NCBI GenBank assembly: GCA_965237525.1
Contig: CBDEFO010000003.1
Location: 1-64,000, forward strand
Length of the DNA stretch: 64,000 bases
Direction of reading: 5' to 3'
Source of the DNA: Candidatus Latescibacterota bacterium
Lineage (GTDB): Bacteria > Latescibacterota > CBDEFO01
Shown here: positions 31,514 through 41,728 of the stretch, piece by piece
Position numbering within the stretch: position 1 is the stretch's first letter
How the letters are laid out: each line of letters begins with the position of its first letter
Notes under the pieces: generated by a model
Database searches by the model: none
Seen by the model: only the letters and a program-made list of their open reading frames with translations
What the model was told of the DNA's origin: nothing
Translations under genes and position numbers: made by a program

Positions 31514-33250
31514 TCACCGTCCCGGGGTGACCGGCCAGATCGGCTCGAGCTGCCAGGCATCCAGCGAGACGAGCGTCGCATCGCCGCCGCGGGCGAACAC
31601 GTCGATCCCCGTGCTGTCCGACCGCGTCGGGTACACCCGCTGCGTCATGCAGAACCGTCTGTTGGGAAAGACCTCGATCACCGAGCGATCTACAAAGACG
31701 TGCAACTCAAGGGGCTCATCATCGGGCAGATCCAGGTCGCCGCTGTACACCGGCAGGTTCGGGTAACTGCCGGCCTTTCTCATGACCAGCGTTTCGGGGT
31801 CGAGGCTTGCGTGGGTCTGATCGGCGATGAACTCTCTCTTCTTGCGGTCGTAGATGAATAGCGTCTGCTCCTTGCGGTCGGGCGAACAGAGAAACTTAAT
31901 GCCGACGGCATCGGCGTCACCGGGGTCGATCACCGCGATGATCTCCAGCATATCTCCCTGCGGATCGGGTACGAAGTTCGATCCGGATTCGGTAATCGGC
32001 ATCCGCTCGTACTGCCAGTGCTGCCGCCGCAGACTCTTGAGTTCCTCCACCGGCTCCTGGCCTAATGTGCCGTCGTGTCGCAGCGTGAGCATGCGGGGCA
32101 AAGAGTAGATGTTACTCCACCACTCGATGGGCGTTTTGTTCTCCGGATCCTCCTTGGAGGGCCACTCATTCTCCTGTCCTAGGTCTGCCGCTTCGTCTCT
32201 GGCGCGGCACCACGGGCTGTTACCCTCCCAGACCAACCCGAAGATGATGTGCCTATTCTTGTCATCCTCGAAGCTCATCGCACAGCCGAAGTAGCCGCCG
32301 GGGTCGAGAACAAGCGGGCCCGAATCGGGGATAAAACGATGATCCGAAAAGCGGCCGACCCATCCCAACTCCCTCGTCATATCGAAAGCCGGGTTTATTC
32401 TTGCCTTCTCCGGCTGGTAGGCGGTGATCACCAACACGTGTTTATCGCCTAACTTAAACATGTGCGACATGTCCCACTGTTCGCCGGAGACGGCGGGTGA
32501 TTTGCCTTTCAGCAGAGGGTTGAGGTATCTCCAGTTCACCAGATCGTCGGATTGGAAGAGATAGGTAGTGCCGACGTTCTGCCCGGCGTCGTTCTGCGCA
32601 TCGCCGGCCAGCCCACCGATCAGCGCGTACCAGGTCTGATCGTCCTCGTCCCACCAGGCGAACACATCCAGGTTAAGACGCTCTCCATCGGCGCCCCTTG
32701 CCGGGATCACGGGGTTATCAGGGTGGCGCTTCCAGGTGACCATGCCGTCGTGACTTGTGGCTATACTCTTGCCGCCGATTCTGGGCGAAGTGTATATGAT
32801 GGTGGGCACGCCGTTATTGATCACTGTCGAGCCGGTATAGATCCCAGCGTTGTCATAGCCATGAGGGCCGTTCTCATCCTGCGGCGCCAGTGCTATGGGA
32901 AGGTCGCGCCAGTGAACCAGGTCCTCGCTGACGGCGTGCCCCCAGCATTGGCTCAGACCCGAGGGCTTCGCACCGTGGGGTGTGATAAGATAGAACAAGT
33001 GGTATCGGCCGTCGAACTGAATCGGTCCCTCCACGTCCCACCCGAAGCCGGTCGGTGGCAGGAAGTGGTACCCGGGTCGGTGCGGATCACCCGCCAGCTT
33101 TTCCCGAACCGGGTGAATGCATTCGGGGAAGACGGACAGGAAATTCGGCCCGACGTAGTCTTGCTTATCAGCGTTGAGCCAACCGGCCAAGTGCGGAAAG
33201 AGCTCTGAGTCCTTGGCTGTCTGTAGTGAGCGGTTGCTGGGTATCTTCAT
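31514..33250 (-). CDS. Glycoside hydrolase family 32-like protein (atypical motifs)
   Basis: HRPGYHFLPP, YHLFY, WGHAVSEDLVHW, GIYTGS, SLPRML, LHVFVDRSVIEVF, RVYP. Confidence 0.85.
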   Translation of the reverse strand: MKIPSNRSLQTAKDSELFPHLAGWLNADKQDYVGPNFLSVFPECIHPVREKLAGDPHRPGYHFLPPTGFGWDVEGPIQFDGRYHLFYLITPHGAKPSGLSQCWGHAVSEDLVHWRDLPIALAPQDENGPHGYDNAGIYTGSTVINNGVPTIIYTSPRIGGKSIATSHDGMVTWKRHPDNPVIPARGADGERLNLDVFAWWDEDDQTWYALIGGLAGDAQNDAGQNVGTTYLFQSDDLVNWRYLNPLLKGKSPAVSGEQWDMSHMFKLGDKHVLVITAYQPEKARINPAFDMTRELGWVGRFSDHRFIPDSGPLVLDPGGYFGCAMSFEDDKNRHIIFGLVWEGNSPWCRARDEAADLGQENEWPSKEDPENKTPIEWWSNIYSLPRMLTLRHDGTLGQEPVEELKSLRRQHWQYERMPITESGSNFVPDPQGDMLEIIAVIDPGDADAVGIKFLCSPDRKEQTLFIYDRKKREFIADQTHASLDPETLVMRKAGSYPNLPVYSGDLDLPDDEPLELHVFVDRSVIEVFPNRRFCMTQRVYPTRSDSTGIDVFARGGDATLVSLDAWQLEPIWPVTPGR

Positions 33251-33497
33251 TTTGAGTCCTTTCAGAAATATGCGAGTTCTAAAGAAATCTCCATTGAGGT
33301 GCTCTAATGCAAATGACCAGGTGAAAATACAGCGGAGCATTCCTTAAGAAGCTCTCGGTGAAAGAAACGCCATAATCTAGCGGGCTTCTGCAGCGAAAAA
33401 TTCATTATCCCCTTGGTTCTCTTAACCTGAGGGTGACATGCACGCAGGTTCTTGCGATCAGCGGTATCTCCGATGATGCAGTCGCCGACATCCTGAA

Positions 33498-33704
33498 CTA
33501 AGACGTTGTGCGCATTCGAATCCTAGGACCGTCGGCGATATGTCGGTCAGAATCCAACCTCTTCGAACAGGTGCGCCAGCGGACCAGCGCAATGTCCCAT
33601 CCACGGCTGCTTGAACCCTGGTTGCGATAGCCGGTTCCGAAGACCATCAGAATCGATCCATCCGCTAATAAGACGGAGGATGTTGACTGTGGGTTGGGCA
33701 GCAT
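33498..33704 (-). pseudogene. Degenerate 3' stub of the 45792-type sialidase-like gene
   Basis: SSVLLADGSILMVFGTGYR...DIALVRWR. Confidence 0.65.
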
Positions 33705-33929
33705 TTAGAACTTGTTCGATTCCCCTTTCAGAGTGTCACAGGCCATCATCGGTATCCAGACTTTCGGTCAATTCATCCTGCCCATAAGCTCAGCTACTCC
33801 GCCCTCAGCAATCGGGTGATAGGGCAATCGGACTTAAACCCATCCAATTTCGGACGGCCATTTAGCTTTTCATAGCACTTTAGTACTGCAAGATGTTGCA
33901 TTGCATCTGGGAGGTAGTAAATCTTCCGG

Positions 33930-35858
33930 CTACCAGTTCAGTTCCTCGGATGCAGCGAATCGCTGAACCTTGCGCCAGTGGGTCTGGCCAGTGCGGTAGT
34001 GGTCCCGCTGATAAAAAGGCCCCCTTGACCCTGGGGGATCCATGTTGACGACATCTGCCCCGCGGATCACGCCGTGGTAGAGTTGCTTTTCGATCTCCAG
34101 GTGTTTGCTTGTCTCAGCTATGGGGAAGCTAACCGTTACCATATCACCCGGGCGGACCTGACCTGCCTGGAGGTAGCGTCCCAAGGAGCTTACAGCGCGC
34201 TCGGTGCCATTGACCATACAGCGCACCTGTTTCAGATCTGTCCACCTGGGAATCCGGATTTGTAGATCCAGGGTCTCTTTGACTCGAATATCCACTCGGC
34301 CCTGATAAGGAATATGGCTGTCAACATCAGCCCAGCGGGAGGCTCGGTTCATCAGCAGATTCACCCGCAAGTTGCCGCTCTCATAGTGTAGGATGTGCTC
34401 CCAGATGTAGCAGATGGCGCGGGCGCCGTTTGCTGTGCAACAGTGCATAATCCCCGTGCGACTGGAGGGCCCCTCTCCCATCCAGGCGTTCGGCATCGCC
34501 CACCCGGAAAAGGAACCTCGGTTGCGCTCAATCACGTCCTCATTGCTGGTTATCTCGTCGATGGGCCGATCACTGGACGAACAAGACTCCGATAGCTCGT
34601 GCACCCACCGGGTGTCCATCAGTTGATTCTCGGCAAATTGGTTGCGGATCCACCGGTCCACGTCGTCCCAGTAATCGCCCAAGGCGGATGCTGACAGCTT
34701 CAGCCCGATACCAATCATGTCGGCGACTTCACAGCTCTCGGCTTGTTCGTGGCAGGTTGCGAAAAGGTTTTCCGGGAAATATCCCAGATGCCATTCCGAC
34801 ACATATTGGGCTGATGAGAGCTGCGTTGAAGGTTTTATCAGGGTTCGTTCACCCTGTCCCCGGGCCCACTCGAAGCTCTTCTTAATGAATTCCTGGAGTG
34901 TCTGGTCATTGGCAGGAAGGGCGTATTCCAGCATATTCAACAGACAGAGCGTATGAGCGTGAAAATGGCTTTCGCCGCCGCCGCCCATATCCGCAAAAGA
35001 TTGCCCTTCATTCATCTTGGGCGGATCGTTGGGCAGAAACTTGCCCTCTGCATCGAAAAGGTGCGCGTGATCTTTCAGGTAATAGCAAATCTTTCGCGCC
35101 AGTTCACCAGCGGGTTCATATCCACTCACACGGTAGCACTGCCCAACACCTTGCAGGCAGAATCCTATACCTTCTGATGCTGCGGATCCTCCGGGTGGGA
35201 CAGGGCTTTGCTCGTCCCAGTTACCGCCGTAAGGGAATAAACGGTACGGGATGTAGGCATAGTCTCCTTCATCAACAGCCAGCAGTTTTAGCCCGTCAAT
35301 TTGTCGGCGCATATACTCCAGCCACAGATCGTTCGGCCGCAGCAGATGCTGCAGGACGAACGGAGGAAGGAAGCTGACGGAGCCTGTGGTGAAATGCTCA
35401 GTTTTCGGATCCTCCAGCAACGCAGAGAATCTCCAAATATCAAACGGGTACCGAGGAAAGTAGTTGAGACCGTCGGCGCCAATCTGCTTGAAAGCCGCCT
35501 CCAGCCAGGACCTGTCGATCTCCATATTGCTATCGTCGCCCGTGATGAGACGGATCAGCGGCAAGGCCTGCAAATATTTCTGCTGGCACATGTCGTCCAG
35601 CCCGTGCCACATGACCGCCGGATTACAGGCAAATTCGACCCGGAAATACATCTGATAGTCCCAGTCCCGATCCACGGCCCGCGTCATCACGTTCTGCACC
35701 GCAAGGGCCCGCTCGTGAATATCGTAGGTGTCCGGAACGGTAGCTTCGTATCGCTCTCCCTGGTACTTGGGCAGGTCAAACTCGGGTGCGCTGTCGTTCA
35801 GATAGACAAGCGGGCGCCTACCAGTTTCGGTGGTCCTTTCGTCAGACTTAGCTTGCAT
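33930..35858 (-). CDS. GH127/GH146-like (beta-L-arabinofuranosidase-like) protein
   Basis: ESCEVADMI and HCCTANG Cys motifs, IRIPRW C-terminal sandwich. Confidence 0.7.
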   Translation of the reverse strand: MQAKSDERTTETGRRPLVYLNDSAPEFDLPKYQGERYEATVPDTYDIHERALAVQNVMTRAVDRDWDYQMYFRVEFACNPAVMWHGLDDMCQQKYLQALPLIRLITGDDSNMEIDRSWLEAAFKQIGADGLNYFPRYPFDIWRFSALLEDPKTEHFTTGSVSFLPPFVLQHLLRPNDLWLEYMRRQIDGLKLLAVDEGDYAYIPYRLFPYGGNWDEQSPVPPGGSAASEGIGFCLQGVGQCYRVSGYEPAGELARKICYYLKDHAHLFDAEGKFLPNDPPKMNEGQSFADMGGGGESHFHAHTLCLLNMLEYALPANDQTLQEFIKKSFEWARGQGERTLIKPSTQLSSAQYVSEWHLGYFPENLFATCHEQAESCEVADMIGIGLKLSASALGDYWDDVDRWIRNQFAENQLMDTRWVHELSESCSSSDRPIDEITSNEDVIERNRGSFSGWAMPNAWMGEGPSSRTGIMHCCTANGARAICYIWEHILHYESGNLRVNLLMNRASRWADVDSHIPYQGRVDIRVKETLDLQIRIPRWTDLKQVRCMVNGTERAVSSLGRYLQAGQVRPGDMVTVSFPIAETSKHLEIEKQLYHGVIRGADVVNMDPPGSRGPFYQRDHYRTGQTHWRKVQRFAASEELNW

Positions 35859-35887
35859 AGGATTTAGAGGAGTTGGTCATCAAACGA

Positions 35888-37426
35888 TTACGCGTAAAGC
35901 GTGAGTTCCTTCAATTTGTCTTCAGGAGGTGCGGGAAAGAGCAGGCTCGCTAGATAGCCTGCCAGGCAACCTGTGACCGTGCAGAGTCCATCGAGCCAGA
36001 CCCAGTTGATAGAAAGCGCATCGGGGTCTATCCACGGTTTCATAAGTCCTGGAAATCCGCTGAAACTCAATGCCAGCAAGACTGCTGCAAATGCGCCGAT
36101 CAGCACCCCAGCTGTGTTGCAGCGCTTTGTGAAGACGCCGAGGATAAAGAAAACCCCCATCGCGGGTAGAACTAGGAGGTTGAGCTTGCCCATTCGTTCA
36201 AGTACTGTTGTATCGCTGTGGCCACTTTGCCACAGAGCAAAGAGCAGCACCAGGAGGCCCCAACCGAGCGTGACGTAGCGAGAACTGGATACATAATGCT
36301 TTTCAGAGGCACTGCGCACTAAATACCGCTTGTAAAAGTCGCTGATCGTTATGCTGCTCATCGAGTTCACCGCCGAGTCAAATGTGGACATCATCGCCGC
36401 CAACAAGCCCGCCATAATCACACCCCGCACCAGAATCGGCAGATGACCGACGACATAGCGGGCCATCACCTCGTCGGCCTGTGTGATCATCGCCTTGGCC
36501 TCCGGATTCACCTGGTAATACGCGATAAATCCCCAGGCAACGGACACAGCCAGGAGCATAAAGATCACCTCGACACCTGCGAGTCCTACGAGCGCCTTGA
36601 ACATATTTCGCTTTGTGCCTGTCGCCAATAGTCGCTGAATGCGGACTTGATTGGAACCGAACATGAACACTTCCACTATCTTTGAAAGCAAGATGGCCCA
36701 TATCGTCGCTTCCACGTGCAGGCTGAATTCAGCGGAAAAGAGTTTTGTCTTTGGATAGCCTGATTCTTCGGATATCACAGAGGAAGCGATGTTGTAGATT
36801 TCCGTTGGTTGCCAGTTAAAGTATTTAAGTAACAACAAACCTATCACGATGTAAGCAAAGACGAAAATAGTCGCCTGAGCAACATCAGTCCAGATGACCG
36901 CGCGTGAGCCACCAAGCATGGTGTAAGATGTACCCAATACAACGATTCCAAAGAGGCAATACACGACCGGCACGCCGGTCACTGCATTGAATGCCATCGA
37001 GGCAGCCACCAGACCATTGCCAACCCAGAAGATCATCTGAATCGGGAATATCGTGGCGCCAAAGGTGCGCAGCCCCGGGTGGAAACGTCGCTCCAGATAC
37101 TCATAGATAGACAACATCCGCAGTCGGTCCCAGATAGGCACCCAGAAATATGCTGCAAGGGGCAGGCTGACCATGACCAGCAAGGTAGAGCCGAAAAACC
37201 ATCGGCTGTCCTTCTGGTATATCCAGCCGCATATTCCCAGAAAACTAATCGGGCTCGTTGTGGTAGCGTATAACGACAGTGCGACCGCCCACCAGGGTAG
37301 AGAGCCGCTGGCTAGGAAGTACTCCTTCAGTGACTTTTGCCGACCGGAACACACGATCGCAAGCACAAGTACACCGATCAAATACCCCACAATAACGAAG
37401 TAGTCCCAAACAGAGAGTTGATTCAT
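35888..37426 (-). CDS. Sodium:solute symporter (SSS) family
   Basis: EYFLAS, SPISFLG, SIYEYLERRF, GGSRAVIWTDVAQ, AAMMSTFDSAVNS. Confidence 0.9.
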   Translation of the reverse strand: MNQLSVWDYFVIVGYLIGVLVLAIVCSGRQKSLKEYFLASGSLPWWAVALSLYATTTSPISFLGICGWIYQKDSRWFFGSTLLVMVSLPLAAYFWVPIWDRLRMLSIYEYLERRFHPGLRTFGATIFPIQMIFWVGNGLVAASMAFNAVTGVPVVYCLFGIVVLGTSYTMLGGSRAVIWTDVAQATIFVFAYIVIGLLLLKYFNWQPTEIYNIASSVISEESGYPKTKLFSAEFSLHVEATIWAILLSKIVEVFMFGSNQVRIQRLLATGTKRNMFKALVGLAGVEVIFMLLAVSVAWGFIAYYQVNPEAKAMITQADEVMARYVVGHLPILVRGVIMAGLLAAMMSTFDSAVNSMSSITISDFYKRYLVRSASEKHYVSSSRYVTLGWGLLVLLFALWQSGHSDTTVLERMGKLNLLVLPAMGVFFILGVFTKRCNTAGVLIGAFAAVLLALSFSGFPGLMKPWIDPDALSINWVWLDGLCTVTGCLAGYLASLLFPAPPEDKLKELTLYA

Positions 37427-37492
37427 TGGTTATTGAAAAATCGCATAGCTAGCACTCTACGTGTTGTTCGCCATGGACAGGTCCCATTGACC

Positions 37493-37735
37493 TTACGGCG
37501 ACGGATCAAAAATGTTGCGGAGATCAGAGTCAAATGCCGCATCGCGAATTGTCCGATCGGTGTTTACGGGTTCAGGGTTCAGCCGCCAGAGCACCAGCCC
37601 GATGTCTCTCGGGGTGAAGTGGTTCTCCACTTTCGGACCGGCATGACTACGGTATCCGGTGCCGATGACGGTGATGATTGACCCGTCCGGAAGCAGCGTC
37701 CACGAGGTGGCCTGGCTGCTTGCCTTCCAGTGATG
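37493..37735 (-). pseudogene. 3' stub of the 45792-type sialidase-like gene
   Basis: LLPDGSIITVIGTGYR...PRDIGLVLWRLNPEPVN...DSDLRNIFDPSP*. Confidence 0.8.
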
Positions 37736-37982
37736 CGACTCCTTACGGTTACCTACTTCGACAACTGCATTTTGTTGCTAACGCATTTAAGCCAAGTCAC
37801 TTATGGTACTCGGAGGGCAATTACGCACTGATTCGCAAGTCACTCTCAAATAAGAGGTTACAGTTTTGGGCCTCATGCGAGGTGAAACAGTCGAACTATG
37901 TAACACTGTATTGCCTATGCACAGTGCAACTACAGGTAAAATGGAAACCTGAATGACGTCTGGCCTCATGTCATCCTACGTC

Positions 37983-39767
37983 TTAGCGCAGGATCATCGG
38001 CTGTAGCTCGATCGTCGACAGCGGCACCGTACCTTTCAACGTCCCGTACTTCATGGCTGTCGAACCGCGGATTTCGGCACTGTACCGCTTGTCTATCCTG
38101 TACGTCACCGTTTTCGGCAGCGGATCCTCCAGTGACCAGTGGAAGAAACCAGTGGGGTCGGTATGGGTGTGCCAGTTGTTAAGCACAACACAGGCCCCGG
38201 CAATCGGCTTTCCTTTTGTATCCACAACGCGATTGGAAATCTTCCGGCCGGCTCTCATGCTGAAGTCCTGCGCCTTGGCCTTTGGTCCGACCTTGATATG
38301 CCGATGCTGGGGGGCGTAACCGTTGGCTTCAACCGTCAGGACATATTCACCCAGCTTGACGGACTTAAAGCGGTAATGTCCCTCCTTGTCCGTCTTTACG
38401 GCCGGATATTCATTTGCCTTTTTGATCGGTCGGTATCCCATTACCGGTGTGCCAACTGTTCTGGGACGACGTTGCCAGGCATCCAGTACTTTGGGGTCCT
38501 CCAGCCACGAGTCAAGCGCGTAGCGGTTGGGGCCGCGCTGAACAGTCGCGCCCGCAATCGGATTACCCTCCGGATCCAGGATGCGGCCCTCGAGCGCCAC
38601 ACGTGCCGGTGAAACCTTCACACGTTCGACGGTGATCGGCCAGACCTTCGTGCCTTCCTCGTCGCTGCCGATTGCCACCAGCCCGTTTTTGCCAACCTTT
38701 ATCATGTCAAACTGCCCGGTGATGCCTGGGCCGGACTGCGTTTTCTTGTCGATGAGGCTGGGCCGCTCCGGCAGATCGGAGAAGCTGATTTTGTCCCGCC
38801 AGGTATGGCCGTTGTCGAGGCTGAACGCGACGTGAAATCCCGGCCGACCATATTCAACTGCCACCACGCCGTTGTCGAGGACCTGCAGTGTCGGCGAGAT
38901 ATTCATCAGATGCGGCTTGGTTGGCGTCGGTTTGGTCCAGGTCTTGCCCAGGTCATCCGACCAGCACACGTACAGGGGCTTGTATTCTCCGGGGAAATGT
39001 GCAAGCTGCTTCCGCATGATGGCCAGCATCTGGCCATTCGGCAATAGAACGACACTTGGTTCGCAGGCGCCGACGTAATGACCCGGCAGCTCGGGGTTGG
39101 GATCCTTTGGGCTGTAGTCGATGGTTGCGTAATACCGCCACGTCTTACCCTCGTCGGTCGAATCAACAAGGTATCCCTGGTGTACATCTTTCTCATCGCC
39201 CTTAAAACCGCCGTACATCGGCATCAAGAGGTCGCCGCTGGGAAGCTGGATGATAGGGCCCTTGGCGGCAGTCGGAGTTTTTACGTCAAGAGATGGCATA
39301 TGATTCGGCATATACATCTTGCCCATAATGGTTTCCCAACTCGTAAAATCGTCGGTGAACTTAAACGTTTTCACATCATACCACCCGGTTTTTCCTTTGG
39401 TTGGCGGCGTGTCACTCCGAAGCTTGAGCACGCCGCCATCGCGCAGCCCGACGTGCACTGCGCCTCCGCAATGCGATCCGGCGGCATCCCACTCTTTGCC
39501 CCAAGTCTTGCCGCCGTCTTTTGAAAACCGATACATCGGCCGGCCCCTGGGCGGAGTTGGATAAAAGGCGGCCACCACTCCCGTTCGCGACACGAGCACT
39601 GAAGAGGTATTCTGATAGCTCTGTGAAGTGAGCTTGGTCGTCGTACCGACGGTGATCTTGAGGATCTCGGTTTCTTCCGCTGCCGCAGGGTCCATCGCAC
39701 CGGCATCAGGAACAATGGCTGCGATGCAAAACATAACAGCTATCAAACAAGGAAAATTGCGTTTCAT
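37983..39767 (-). CDS. BNR propeller + carboxypeptidase-regulatory-like protein, paralog P2
   Basis: Same architecture as P1; signal peptide; Asp-boxes. Confidence 0.88.
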   Translation of the reverse strand: MKRNFPCLIAVMFCIAAIVPDAGAMDPAAAEETEILKITVGTTTKLTSQSYQNTSSVLVSRTGVVAAFYPTPPRGRPMYRFSKDGGKTWGKEWDAAGSHCGGAVHVGLRDGGVLKLRSDTPPTKGKTGWYDVKTFKFTDDFTSWETIMGKMYMPNHMPSLDVKTPTAAKGPIIQLPSGDLLMPMYGGFKGDEKDVHQGYLVDSTDEGKTWRYYATIDYSPKDPNPELPGHYVGACEPSVVLLPNGQMLAIMRKQLAHFPGEYKPLYVCWSDDLGKTWTKPTPTKPHLMNISPTLQVLDNGVVAVEYGRPGFHVAFSLDNGHTWRDKISFSDLPERPSLIDKKTQSGPGITGQFDMIKVGKNGLVAIGSDEEGTKVWPITVERVKVSPARVALEGRILDPEGNPIAGATVQRGPNRYALDSWLEDPKVLDAWQRRPRTVGTPVMGYRPIKKANEYPAVKTDKEGHYRFKSVKLGEYVLTVEANGYAPQHRHIKVGPKAKAQDFSMRAGRKISNRVVDTKGKPIAGACVVLNNWHTHTDPTGFFHWSLEDPLPKTVTYRIDKRYSAEIRGSTAMKYGTLKGTVPLSTIELQPMILR

Positions 39768-39863
39768 GCCGAGTCCTTTCAGTTTTTAAAGCTCAGCCAA
39801 ACAGTGGCCCGTTCGTCCGAATGGAAACCTGAATGACGTCTCGCGGCATGGCAACAGGGCCAT

Positions 39864-41633
39864 CTACTGGTGTAGGATGAGCGGCTGACTCTCGATCTGC
39901 GAGAGCGGAACCGCATAATGCTGATCTAGAGACACACGAACTACGCGAGTTAGGCCACCTTCATGGGTTTCGTTACCGCGACCAAACCGCTTGTAAACCT
40001 TGACCGACACCTGTTTCGGTAGCGGAGCCTCCAGAGACCAGTGAAAGAAACCTTGGGCATCAGCGTGCATGTGCTCATTATTCAGCACCACACATGTACC
40101 CCCAACCGGCCTACCCTTCTCATCCACAACCTGGTTGCAAATCTTTCGGCCAGCATTCAAGCGAAACTCCTGTGGTTTGGCTTCCGGCCCGACCTTGATG
40201 TGCCGATGCTGGGGGGCGTAGCCGTCGGCTTCAACCGTCAGAACATATTCACCAAGTTTGACGGACTCGAAGCGAAAGTTTCCCTGGGCATCTGTCTGCA
40301 CCGTCGAATGGCCGTTTTCTTTGCGGATCGATCTAAATCCCAGTACCGGTGAGCCGATTGCCCTGGCTGAAGCATTCCAGTGATCCAGCCGTCTGGGGTC
40401 CTCCCGCCAAGAGTCGAGGGCGTAGCGATTTGGGCCCAGTTCCACATTCGCATCAGCAATCGGATAGCCACTGTGTGGGGCCACTAGCTGGCCAGTCAAG
40501 GCTACGTTATCCGACGACACCTTCAAACGTTCGACGGTGATTGGCCAAACCTTCGTGCCCTCGGCATCGGAACCTACTACCACCAGTTTGTTGGGACCAG
40601 CTTTTGCCATATCAAATTGGCCGGTAATAATCGGTTCCGGCAGGTCTGAAAAGCTAACCCGGTCTTGCCAGGTATGTCCGTTGTCTAAGCTGAAGGCTAC
40701 GTGAGAGCCCGGCCGACCATATTGACAGGCCACTACGCTGTTGTCCAGCACCTGCAGGGTCGGTGAGATACACATCAGATGCGGCTTAGTGGGCGTCGGC
40801 TTGGTCCAGTTCTTGCCCAAATCATTCGACCAAGAGGCATACAGGGGCTTGTATGCGCCCGGGTACTCCGTACCCTGCGTGCGCAACATGGCCAGCATCT
40901 GGCCATTGGGCAAAAGGGCGACAGTCGGCTCGCAGGAGCCGATCCACGCACCCGCCAGTTCCGGGTGGGGATCCTTGGGAGTGTAATCAATGCTGGAGTA
41001 ATACCGCCAATTCCTGCCCTGGTCTTTCGAATGGAGCAGGTATGCACGGTTGCGTTTGGGGTCATCACCCGTCAAGCCGCCCTGCGTCGGCATCAGCAGA
41101 TCCCCGTTGGGAAGCTGTATGATCGGGCCTTTGGCCGTTGACGGCGCTTTTATGTCAGTAGAGTTCATATGATCCGGCATATATATCTTGGCTATGAATT
41201 GTTTCCAATTCGTGAAATTGTCGGTGCCTAGAAAAGTTTCCGCATCATACCGGCCGGGTTTCCCTTCGACAGGAGGAGTCTCAGTGGTAAGCTTTATCAC
41301 GCCGCCTTGGCGCAGTCCGATGCTCATAGCACCGTGGAAGTTAGCCGGAGCGTTTATCTCCGGCCCCCAGGTCAGGCCGGCGTCTGTTGAAACGCGATAT
41401 TTCTTGATCCCGCGGGACGGCTTTGGATAAAAGACAGCCACGACTCCTGTTCGTGACCCGGTTACCGCTGAGGTATTCTGATAGCGCTGAGGGGTGAGCT
41501 TGGTCGGCGTACCCACGGTGATCTTGAGGATCTCGGTTTCTTCGGCTGCTGCAGGGTCCATCGCACCGGCATCGGGAACAATGGCTGTGATGCAAAACAT
41601 AACAGCTATCAGACAAGGAAAATTGCGTTTCAT
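39864..41633 (-). CDS. BNR propeller + carboxypeptidase-regulatory-like protein, paralog P3
   Basis: Same architecture as P1. Confidence 0.88.
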   Translation of the reverse strand: MKRNFPCLIAVMFCITAIVPDAGAMDPAAAEETEILKITVGTPTKLTPQRYQNTSAVTGSRTGVVAVFYPKPSRGIKKYRVSTDAGLTWGPEINAPANFHGAMSIGLRQGGVIKLTTETPPVEGKPGRYDAETFLGTDNFTNWKQFIAKIYMPDHMNSTDIKAPSTAKGPIIQLPNGDLLMPTQGGLTGDDPKRNRAYLLHSKDQGRNWRYYSSIDYTPKDPHPELAGAWIGSCEPTVALLPNGQMLAMLRTQGTEYPGAYKPLYASWSNDLGKNWTKPTPTKPHLMCISPTLQVLDNSVVACQYGRPGSHVAFSLDNGHTWQDRVSFSDLPEPIITGQFDMAKAGPNKLVVVGSDAEGTKVWPITVERLKVSSDNVALTGQLVAPHSGYPIADANVELGPNRYALDSWREDPRRLDHWNASARAIGSPVLGFRSIRKENGHSTVQTDAQGNFRFESVKLGEYVLTVEADGYAPQHRHIKVGPEAKPQEFRLNAGRKICNQVVDEKGRPVGGTCVVLNNEHMHADAQGFFHWSLEAPLPKQVSVKVYKRFGRGNETHEGGLTRVVRVSLDQHYAVPLSQIESQPLILHQ

Positions 41634-41728
41634 GCCGAGTCCTCTCAGTTTTTAAAGCTCAGCCAAACAGTGGCCCGTTGGTCCGAACGGAAACCGGAAT
41701 GACGTCTTGCGGCATGGCAACCGGCCAT

